Assembly (NCBI RefSeq): GCF_031769215.1
Contig: NW_026782299.1
Coordinates: forward strand, 1,674,001 to 1,738,000
DNA length: 64,000 bases
Direction of reading: 5' to 3'
Origin: Ylistrum balloti
Taxonomy: Eukaryota
The translations under genes were made by a program, and so were the position numbers. Below are positions 35,701-46,906 of this stretch, one piece after another; within the stretch, counting starts at the first letter, position 1, and every line of letters begins with the position of its first letter. The notes under the pieces are model-generated. The model ran no database searches. It was not told the DNA's origin and saw only the letters and a list, made by a program, of their open reading frames with translations.

Positions 35701-38700
35701 ACCAACTCCCATGGAAAAAAAGTGCAGCTTATAATCCAGAAAATACAGTGCATTTAATAACATCTATTCATGTTGTTAGTATTTCAAGCAGTTAAGGTCA
35801 TGATGATCCTTGATTTTCTTTCTAGGGGTCAAGAACTTGAGGTCATAGTTAATATTATTATATAAAAGTATTCAATTGAATTAACATTATCATTACAGCT
35901 GACAAATTTTTAAAAGATTTTGAACATACACTATCAATGTAAAATTTAAAGTTAAATACAAGAATACCTTTCAGTATGGTCATATATTGAAATTTCTAAT
36001 ATAAGATAAAAGTTTCCATTATAAATGCATGCTTCCATAAACTCAGTAGCAGAACCATGATTTTTAGATTGGGTAGCCTTTAAGCATATTACACTGATCA
36101 CAACTCAATGAAAAAATACTTAACATATATGAGAAAGAAAAATTCCTCAAAAAATGCCGGGGCCTGGATTAATCATGAAAAGGGTGGGACCTGTCATGTG
36201 CTTGTCCTCTGGGTCCTTCACTGCTATTTACGATAATGATTAATTTCATTTCCCAAGAATCTGTAGTCCTAAGCCACAACAATTGTTTTTATGGCCTTGA
36301 GAGTGAGTGCATTCATGTCTAACATATATTGTCTGAAGATATATACACATGTTGACTAATAATAAAGATCCCATCAACTGTATGTAACATATGATTCTAC
36401 ATCTAATTCAAAGTGTAACTGATTGTAGGGAGAGTTCTGATGAGCCAATCTATGAGGAAATAGAATGTCTAGAGCCACTGTTGACAGGTGATAACAGTCT
36501 ACATGTTGTCAAGGAGGAAGTCACAAAATCTACCGACAATGTGTCCCAGGTATGTCGTACTGAGTGTCTAGAGCCACTGTTCATAGGTGATGCCATTCTT
36601 TGTAGAAAGTTCATGTGCAGTTGGTATATCATTTCCAAAATTGGTAGCATCATTCTACTGACTTCATTTTTCCAGGATTTGTCAAAGAATAATTCTTTTT
36701 CAAATTCAAAATCACCATTTCGATATTGCATTCATATCAACATTTGGACTGGATAGGGAATGTATTACAAAGATAATATGTCTTATATAGGTAATGTCTT
36801 GTTTATGAGTAACATTTTTGAGTAACCCTGGTATCAGTTCTATTGTATTTATGAAATATGTTATATACTATACACTGAAGTTTTAATTGTTTTTTTATGA
36901 TTCAAACTTCTGAACTTTTTTAGGTTTTACCAAAGTATGAACAGCGACGTCGACGAGGTAACAAGCCTCACTGCCATGTGGAAAAGGTAATGATCTGGAA
37001 TGAGTATGAGGCATATGTCTTGCAAGTGAAACAGATTGGAACAACAGCTTGTGGTCCGACAGCTGTACTTAATGTAATGGTGAGTTCATGTTTATATTCA
37101 CAAGTTTTCTGTATTCATTCTGTGCACCAGTGAATACTTCTCCTGTTTGCACAATATTGACTTTTCCTAATCCTTCTATCAATATTACACGATGGATAAA
37201 AATTTTGAATTTGAAAAAAAAAATTTTGAGATTACGTTTTTTATTCGAGGATAGAATAAAATTACAAAAAATTGATTCTTTGAAAATGATCACAGGAAAG
37301 GACCCCCCATGAATTATGCAACTTTTCTAATTAAATGTTTTGATAAGTGCAAAAATTTGAACCTTGAAATAAAGTAAATGTTATTGTTATGGTTTCCCAA
37401 GGTAGCAAACTTTATTGTTCATATTGATACTTTACACGTATAAAAGTCAAGTGCTACTCAGCATATAATAATCTTATATAGTGCATGTGAAATTCCTTTC
37501 TCAGACTGACTGCCATCTTTAACTTATTAATTTTACGTTAATTTTGTTTTACTTTACAGAAAGCATTTGATTACCAAGTAGACAAGGATGAGATCTGTAA
37601 GCAAATTCTGGCCAATTTAAGGATGGAGGGGGCACCAATACCGTACTACCTCTTCTCTAGGTCTGCCGCAGGTAAATAGAAGTATAGGTGTCAAAGCAAT
37701 GAAAACACATTATAGAACCATATTGTTTATGAGTGAGGTCTGATTTATGTTTAAATGTTACTAGAAAGATTAATGGCAGACCTTTTTTAAAAGTTTATGA
37801 TACTTTTATATCTCATTATTTCAATGAGGCGATAATCTTTGTCCATATGACCGCATTTCGTGTAAGGGGAGGAAAAAGTCAGCATCATGGTTATCAATAT
37901 CACAGTTTTGGTATTAAATACAGCATTGTGGATGAATTCATTTCATTTGAATATGTTGAAGTTAGTCATGTTTGTTTTCGTATCTTATTGATAATTGAAC
38001 TTAAATACTCTAATCATATTATTTATTATATGTTTGTCAATGTAAAAAGTATTTCTTCTTTACCCAGTTGTCATTGATGTCATGATGACTTCAGAGTGAT
38101 ATCATGACATGACTCTGCTTATCTTGTCATCATGTGGTGACCAATAATTAAGGTAATACACAGATCTTATGACCTACAGATCCTGTCGTTTAATAGAGCA
38201 GAAATGAGATAAAATGTGTTATATTCCAGGCACAACAGCTGAGAATCTACTGGAGGGAGTAGAAAAGCTAACTAAGGGAGCTATACGGGGTCGCTTTTTC
38301 AATTTTTATCCGCCTCGCAAAGTGGAGCTCCTCAAATGGCTTGGTTACTGGATGAAAAAAGGTAATCTCTTTAATTTTAGGTGTTTGAGAATGTTTTGAA
38401 CCAGTCTAGAAAAAACACAGCTGCAGTCGGCAACTGTTTATACAGTGGTAGGGGATGGTATATGAAATCACATTCTTTCACTAATTTTTTTATCAGATAT
38501 TACTGATTTTATGTTGATTTGCCACTGAAGTCTGTGTAATAATCAGAAAAGAAAAGATCCATCATAGTGTTGGTAGGAGTCCCAGCTTAGAACAACTGTA
38601 ATGTCCTGACTATATCTGTTCAGTTTCACACACAATTATCTCTGTATCCTATTTAATCTGATGCTTGTCCATGAATGGTATTAGTGCCTTTCCTAAGTCA

Positions 38701-40388
38701 GCAGAAGAAAATAAACTCTAAGGTTAAAATATCGATGAAACATTGAAATATACAGACTGCCAGATAGATTATCCTTTAACATGGCACCGTGTATATACTT
38801 GAGGAGTTCAAGGGAGACAACTGTGTCATGACTACATGTACTTCATGCAAGTTCTGAAATATATATATATACATATATAATATCAGTGAAAACTAATCTG
38901 AAGTATCATATAACACTTATCTCGATATCCCAGGTGCAGTTCCAATTGCCACTCTAAACCTTCAGCGTGGAGTAAAGCCAGGATGGACAATACCAGATGC
39001 CTGGCATCACCAGATGGTGTATGGTGTAAGCTCTAAAGGTAATACTGACCAAATCAGCAAAACTTTATATCACAATTTCAGAAAAAAAAACCCTTCCTAT
39101 AATTCTCTTTTGATTTCGAAAATTGAAATTTATAAAATGTCCTAGTTTATGCATCATTGAGAGTTAGGTGACTTTGGTGCAAACGGTTGGAATGGTTGGA
39201 CCTTTTGAACCAGAAGGAGGTATAGATCAGGACAAGTCTTGCAAGTGGAACCTTCTCATGTTCAGAAAAGTAACTAGCAGAATATCATAAATTTTTCAGA
39301 ATTTTTTAATGATCTGGGAAAGATATGATATTTAGTACAGGTTAATATGGGACATATTTTGTATTTAATAGGAAATTCAGAAACTGTGCATTTTGAGCTT
39401 TAGATATAACAATTTCAACATCAGTGCAGGTGTGATTGTTTACTAACATGCAACCTGGATTGACTCTCTGGTTCAAGCAAAAGCACCCTCATCGTAAACA
39501 GGTGGGTTTAAGTAATGTGTTGCTTATTCTGGGCCTCTTACGTTTACAGGAGTGTATCTGACAAATCCTCTGGAGATTGTACCCGCAGAGACAGTTATGG
39601 AGCAGTTGACTAGTGACTCAGTTCTGTTGGTGAGACGACAAGATGTTGTTAATCGGTTCAGGGACTGGGCTCCACTTAATGATTTTCTCAAACAGAGAGA
39701 TACACGCTGGCAAACATGGAATGTGCTTGGTAAGTTTAATTCTTTCTTGATCTGGAATCAGTCAAATTAGATTTGTGTGGTAACATAGAAATAAAGTGTA
39801 AAAACATGTTAGCTAGATTGAGGTGTTTTTGAGGAAACAAGAAGTCTAGAATGAAGACACAATCAGATTTTAACTCAATTTAGATATTTCTGGCAAATTT
39901 CATCATCCATATGAAATAATAACAAAACGTCAAACAAAATTTTAAATACTGAAGTGAAATGAGGATGGGATTGTAGCTTTCAATATTTCAGAGAAACAGA
40001 GAACAAAAAATCAAGAGACGAAAATAAAGATTTCAGGGACTTTTAACAGTTTAAATATTTCTGACTAGCTTCATTATCCATACAAGATGAAAAAAAATTC
40101 TTGACTTTGTTTTCAGGTCAAGTAGTGAATGTTCTGCGTGAAGCTTGTACTGCGCTGTCACACCAGATACCTCGACACCGTGCCCAGCTCACCTCACACA
40201 TCACCATCCCTGCGGCATACAAGGCTGGCATAACGCTATTTGTACGTCAAAATACAGAGGTGACAGAGGAACTTCTCAGTGCACAGGAACTAGAATTGAG
40301 AGACGGTTCAGAGTTAGAGACTGAAAATTTGAATGGAACAAGTAAATGTGGTGTTCAGTTCGACTTGGACAGTTCAAGTTTAACCTAG
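32761..40388 (+). CDS. Uncharacterised ~1150-aa protein: long acidic disordered N-terminus plus C-terminal peptidase C39/papain-like domain
   Basis: Exons 32761-35135, 36429-36549, 36924-37079, 37560-37671, 38230-38361, 38934-39038, 39550-39729, 40117-40388; all GT-AG, phases consistent, 3453 nt ending in TAG. Domain motifs: QIGTTACGPTAVLNVM, GTTAENL, PIATLNL, WHHQMVYGV, VYLTNP. The gene structure is strong; the domain call is motif-based. Confidence 0.88.
35633..35749. mobile_element. Tiny MITE-like remnant (Tc1/mariner/pogo-type ends)
   Basis: Imperfect ~27-bp inverted ends TATTTTCTGGGTTACAAGCTACAC / GTGCAGCTTATAATCCAGAAAATA. Confidence 0.4.
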
Positions 40389-41587
40389 TACCTACATCTA
40401 TGTGTAGTGTCCATTTGAAGATATTTCTTTTTAAGATTTGCTATTAAAACTTTGCTTCTTATATTTATAGTACTAAATTTTGAATAACACAGTTGAACCA
40501 GATAGTTTGGATACAAACATGACAGTGCTATTTAAAAAAAGAAACAATCTTTTACCATGAACTCGCTTCTTTTTCTAAATGCAGAATATTTCTTCTGTGT
40601 TTTTAAAGTGGAATATTACTACCAGGATATTTTTTATGAAATTGTACTGTTGTTAGGGATATATTGGCTATGAGTGTGTTTGTATACAACATTGCTTAAT
40701 GTGGGTTTAAGGAAAAGATGAACCCTTAGTAAATGCGTCAATAGAGTTTTGTGTAGATGTGTGTGAAGAGAAGGGAGTGAGGGTGACGCTTTCACCTCAA
40801 ACATATGCCCACTTGATTACCCAGTGTGTATGAGGATGATCTCTTTGCAGGTATATATGCCCACTGGATTGACCATTATGAGTGAGGGTGTTCTCACCTC
40901 GGGTATATGGCCAGTGGATTGCCCTGCATAAGTGAGAATGTTCTCACCTGGGTTATTTGTCGAGTTGATTGCTCTGTGTGTGTGGCTATGTTCTCACCCC
41001 AGCTGTGTGTGTGGTATATGTTCAAAAGAGCATCAAGGGGAAATCTTACAAGTATGTGTTCAGCTGTCATAGTGTGTGAAATCAGATCTGGCATTTGTTA
41101 GATAGTTACAGATAATGTACCTAAAATCATTGAATTTGTACATCTGAAAATTGTTTTTGATAAGAAACGGTACAAACAATTTGTTATAGATTTAGCATTG
41201 ATATATTTCCACAATATAGGTAAGTGATTGTATTCATACCTGTTCTCATAGTGAACAATGAATGGTGTTATTGGTGTTAACTTCTTAAGGTAAGTATATT
41301 ATGGCTGTTAAATATATAAATATAACCCAAAAGTCCTTTTTGGCTGATCTATGTGTTACAATACAAATATGTACAGAAAACATTAGTGCTTATACTGTGC
41401 AGAAATATTGTTCAAAAATATTTTTGTTATTAAGTTTCTTAAAAGTTGGTATTGTACAGTAAAAACATTATTGTGATGAAATGTTGACCAGCCTCAGAGT
41501 CATTCTCATGTTAGTAATTGTTTGTATTTCAAATAGGAATGGTCATTATAGATAAGGTGTTTTAAATGTGTATTGATATTTTCATAT

Positions 41588-42170
41588 TTTTTAGCTCACC
41601 TGGTCTAAAGGAATGATGAGCTTATGCCATGGTATGGTATCATTCATTTGTCCAGCGTCTATCAACATTTTCCTTAACACACTACTGGTCATGAATGACT
41701 GAATAGTTTTTACCAAATTTGGTCAAAAGCATTCATGAGGGAAGGGGAACCAAAATTGTTTATATATTGGTTCTTTTCCCTTTTTCTTGAAAATCCTACT
41801 TCTCTTGAAGCATTGATTGGATTTAGCCCAAATTTCCTTAGAAGCATCCTTTACAGAAGGGGAAATAACTTTGTATAAACATTGGTTCTCGTTTCTCGGG
41901 GACCTGAGGGGCAGGAAGCAGGGGCCAGGAAGGGAAATAGAGGGAAAAATTGAAATCCTTCTTCTGTAAGAATGCCTGAATGTTGTCTCAATTTGATGAG
42001 CATGTTTTGATGAAGGGAAATTAATTTGTGTAATTGATAGGTCTCTGTAAACAGGATCACTATTGTTTTTGAAGATGAACATTTGGGGGAAAATAGAGCT
42101 AGGTAGTTAGATACTATATAAGAGACTATTACAGAAAACAAAAATCATAGCTCCTTTCATGACCTTTGTG
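41588..42170 (-). mobile_element. Truncated pearl/HINE-like element
   Basis: Begins TTTTAGCTCACCTGG..GAGC, the same terminus as the element at 45553; the right boundary is approximate. Confidence 0.45.
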
Positions 42171-42902
42171 AAAATATTCACCCAGTTTGCTTAAAAATTG
42201 TAGTATAACTGAAACATTGGATCCATCAAGGAAAAGAACTTTTAACTTTACTGTATTGTATAGGATCTGTTTACTTGAGAAAATGCTTCTATTTGTAATT
42301 GTTTTGGCTGACTGTGACAATTATGATGTAAACATGGTCCAACAATTTACAAATATGCAGTTTGTAAAATCCATTCAAATTATGATAGATTGCCAGTGAA
42401 GGAAAAAAATGATAGGTTTTGAGAATAAACACATTTTGGTGTTTATTACATAACATCCCCCCAAGCTAATGCCTAATTCATACAAGTCATTGTCAGTTAC
42501 TACCCTTGCCATCAAACATTGCCTTATTCACAACCTGTAATTATTCATTAATATTTACCTGAATGGTAAGCGATCTTATGCTTTGGTGTAGTGCCCTGTC
42601 AGTGTCATCTTTTTCCTTTAGACAAGTTATATATAGGGCCTTGATATTAGGGCCAATGGCATGCTGGAGTAAATATCAGACGTGTTTAAGTCATCAAACA
42701 ACTTCTCACTAACCATAAGACCTAGGATCATGACATTTTGCCTGATGCATGCTGGGTATTCAGATGAATGGCCATGATTTATGTTCAAGTTGATAGTGTC
42801 AAATGATTATAATTTTCACTTATCTTTGATAATCTCAAGTCCAAGGATCATGATAGTTGACCTGTGTTTTTTTGAGCTAAAGTGATATCTTGATTGTTTA
42901 AA

Positions 42903-43248
42903 TGGATGTCCCTGGCAAAAATGTCAAAGGGATCATTTATTTTAAAATCTTAAAACAATTTTTCCCGTAAGTAAAAGGTCCAAGATCCCAACAGTTGACT
43001 TGTTGTTTGCTTGGATAATTGGAAGTTAAGTCTGAGATCGGCTTTTAAATGTCAGAACAAGTGAATGATACAAGTGGATGTCCCTGGCAAAAATGTCAAA
43101 GGGATCATTTATTTTAAAATCTTAAAACAATTTTTCCCGTAAGTAAAAGGTCCAAGATCCCAACAGTTGACTTGTTGTTTGCTTGGATAATTGGAAGTTA
43201 AGTCTGAGATCGGCTTTTAAATGTCAGAACAAGTGAATGATACAAGTG
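42903..43248. repeat. Perfect 172-bp tandem duplication
   Basis: 42903-43074 is repeated at 43075-43246 with no visible difference. Confidence 0.9.
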
Positions 43249-43509
43249 AAGATGTCATGCTTAAAGTGTGTGTTATGTTGATTATACTTGATCATGTTAA
43301 GGCCAGTTAAATTGTGTTATTGTGATAACAATGAATTAATGTATGTGATGAATTTTTTTTTTATACTGATGTGAATATCTTGTGTAATTTGGCAGATTCA
43401 ATGTTAACCCAAAGTTCTGCATTGTGTTGCCTCCTGTGGTGAGTTTTATCTGTGACAATGTGTAGCAGGGTTTTGAAATTACATCATTCTGAAAATTGCT
43501 CTGGAAGTG

Positions 43510-44300
43510 ACCTGATATCACATCACCCTCAAAGAGACCCAACATCACCAACTCTAAAAGGTACTTGACATCATATTACTCTGGAGTTGATTAAATATTA
43601 CATCACTCTAAAGGTGACCTGACATCACAACACCCAGAAGTGATATGACAAATGTCACTGAGGAAGTGATGTGCCTAATGGTGACCTGATATTACATTAC
43701 AGTGACTTGACATCACTTCACTATGGAATTGTCCTGAGATCACATTACTGCTTAGGTGTCTTGACATCACATCATTTTAGAGGGGACATGATATCACATC
43801 TCTCTAAAGTTGAACTCAATCACATCACTCCAGAGGTGACCTGACACTACATCACTCTGGGGGTGACCAGACATCACATTACTCCAGAGGTGTCTTGACA
43901 TCACATCATTCTAGAGGGGACATGATATCACATCGATCCTGATGAGATCAGACATCACATCTCTCTAAAGGTGAACTCAATCACATCACTCCAGAGGTGA
44001 CCTGACACTTCATCACTCTGGGGGTGACCAGACAACACTCCAAATGTGACTCGACATCACATCACTCCAGATGTGACCTGACACTACATCACTCTGGGGG
44101 TGACCAGACATCACATTACTCCAAATGTGACTTGACATCACATCTCTCCAGATGTGGTCAGACATCACATCACTCCAGAGATGGTCAGACATTGCATCAC
44201 TCCAGAGGTGAATGTCATGTCACGTCACGTCACTCAAGAGGTGACCCAACACCACTTTAGAGGTAAATGTCACATCACTCCAGAGGTGATCTTACATTAC
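43510..44300. repeat. Degenerate ~27-bp tandem repeat
   Basis: Consensus approximately GACATCACATCACTCCAGAGGTGACCT; it explains the HHSR-repeat ORF 44024-44260. Confidence 0.85.
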
Positions 44301-45552
44301 TCCTGAGCATAAAAAATACAATGGATAGTATTGTTGACTTGTGGTTATACCTTTATGATTAATAATAATATTACTTTTGATTGCTTTACATTAATGAATT
44401 AGTCGAACATATATGTTGCATGGTAATTTTTACTTTAATATGTGGTAAATACTGTGACCACAAGAAAATTACTGGTGTTTGGGTGTCAGAATGGATGTAT
44501 GTTGTTTCAAGTTGAGGTCTGTGTATCATACTCTTTCTAGCCAAACTTATCTGTTACATTAGCTGGTTAATGTTCAAGATGTCCATACTCATAATGTAGC
44601 CAACAGTTTACAGGTCAAACAAGTATCTCTATGCCTATTTATGACTTCAATGCTTGAGATATAAATATGTGGTATATTTATGCATACTGATAAGAAATTA
44701 TGACTAGTTGTATATAGTACGCTCTCTACCTGCTCAATACATACTATTCAAGTCAGACATGTCACATGACTGACAATAAAAGTGCTGCATAAGCTATTTT
44801 GTGTTTGTTTTAACTCACTTGACTGAAGGTTAAGTAAGCTTATGTTGATACATGGGCCATCATTTCCCTAGTGTTCATTATTTAAACTATTTCCCAATAA
44901 CCAATACACCTGAAGTCATTAAAGTTCAACAGTATCATGATTGCTTGCATTCAAGGAAATGATATTGGTCTTTTTTCTGTTGCTACGGGTTAAATTGTTT
45001 GGTCGCCATAAAAATCTCTGCTCTGTTTTCAAGGAAATTTTGCAGAACGCTTCCATGACCAATAGAAAGAAAAAATCATGTATTAATTTTTTCACATTCT
45101 CAAAGGCATTGAGAGGTGGACAAACAGGGAAAGTTGGCTTAAATTTCTAAACTCTTCTCCAGGGTGAGATACGGTAAATAGAAATACCATTAATTGAATG
45201 AAGGGACATAAGATGACTAATCAGAATTTTAAAATGTTATTTCTCTAGATACCATAGGTTAGAAAGGAGAATATCAGTTTTGGTAAACTATGCCAACTAG
45301 GTTAGATGATAAAAATCTATATCCTGTTGGGACATGACTGATCAGTCAGATTGCCTGAAATATCAAGAATCATTTCTTCAGATCAAGATGATAGTACGAT
45401 ATTGTTATGGATGCATTGAACCTTAAGTGCTTTGTCAAAGTATCCAATTCCTTTTAAATCCCATACCTTCCCACTAAGTTACACTGATAGGGATTTTAAC
45501 AATCTTATAAATAGGAAACATTCTTTTCCAATTCTGTCATTTAATTGCTCCT

Positions 45553-46284
45553 TTTTTAGCTCACCTGTCCTGAAGAGCAAAGTGATGTATATGGATACCA
45601 GGGTGTTTGGTGCCCGTCAACTTTTACTATCTATAAGCAAAAGACGCAGAAGCATAGTGTTTGGATGATAGGTTCCTTAGATGAAGCCTGACAATATTTG
45701 TGAAAAAATATCTTGACTCTTATTCAATGTCACTAGGGTCAAATTTGTTAAAACCTTTAAATTATCTTTTCTAACCAATCGATGCAAATGCATGGTATAT
45801 TTGGCTGATAAGTTTCTATGATGAATTCCGCCAAAGGATGCGAAAATAATTTACCATAATCCTTACTCCACGTCACAGGGATCGAATTTGTTAAAACCTT
45901 TAAACAACTTCTTTTGAATAAGCAAAATGGCGAAGAAGCTTGATATTTGGTTGATAGGTTTTTTTTCAAACCTGTAAGAGATTTCTTCTGGTAAACCAAA
46001 AGTCTTAGAAGCATGGTATTTGGTGGAAGGGTATTTCTAGGTAGAAGCCCGGCAAATTTCGAGAATAAAAATCTGGCATTTAACTTAAAATTCAGGTCAC
46101 TGTTAAGAAGTGAGTATCAGAAGCTGTTTGTTGTTGAAATTGGTTTAAATGGATTGGATGTGCCCACTTTGAATGCAAATGGTATACATATGTCAATATA
46201 TATTTGTGATATGAACACTGATTCTATTTTTGGTGAAACGTTGAATACCAGGTGAGCGATGCAGGCCCAATGGGCCTCTTGTTT
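45553..46284 (-). mobile_element. pearl/HINE-like non-autonomous element
   Basis: Subterminal inverted repeat GCTCACCTG (45559-45567) / CAGGTGAGC (46249-46257); terminal stem AGGCCC-AAT-GGGCCT followed by CTTGTTT; internally duplicated core AATTTGTTAAAACCTTTAAA. Confidence 0.7.
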
Positions 46285-46906
46285 TATATATATTGGCAAA
46301 ATCACAAATTTCAAGACAACCCTGTAACTTTGTACACTTTGCAGAAGCTGGCGCTCTCTTGTTGCCTTTAGCTTTGGGAGGGATTTTCATTTTTGACATT
46401 TTTTTCGGTTTCCTGTCGAAAACTATCCTTAATCATTGGTTCAGTTTTCCTATTTATAAGTAACCACATATTTATATAAATCTCAGAATAAGATTATTGA
46501 TTTCGTAAATATTTTATTTGCGGACCATACATCACCAGTAAAAGACAATCTACATCAAAATATCAGTAACAATGGTGGAATGGAGTTGTAATATTAACAT
46601 ATTTATATATGACTGTGACTTTCCTTTAAATAGCTGGCACTTTTCCTTAACTTTCTTATCATGCCTATAAAACTCAATTGATTATTTGTTGAATAATGAG
46701 ACGTATTTTTTTCTTTTCTTTTTTAAACAAGAGTTCCGCTCACAACATTCCGTGTCACCACGTCCATGAATGTTTAAACTTACATGGATATTTTCTATGG
46801 TCTCCTCAATGTTAGATAAATCTATTTACGCTGTAATTAGGACTATATCGCTGCATTTTGTCTAACTTGAATTCATCTGCAAGCTATCGATCGTCATTGT
46901 GTTGAA

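Noticed and set aside
44024-44260. His/Ser/Arg repeat protein
   Set aside because: Product of the degenerate 27-bp repeat; no splice or start context.
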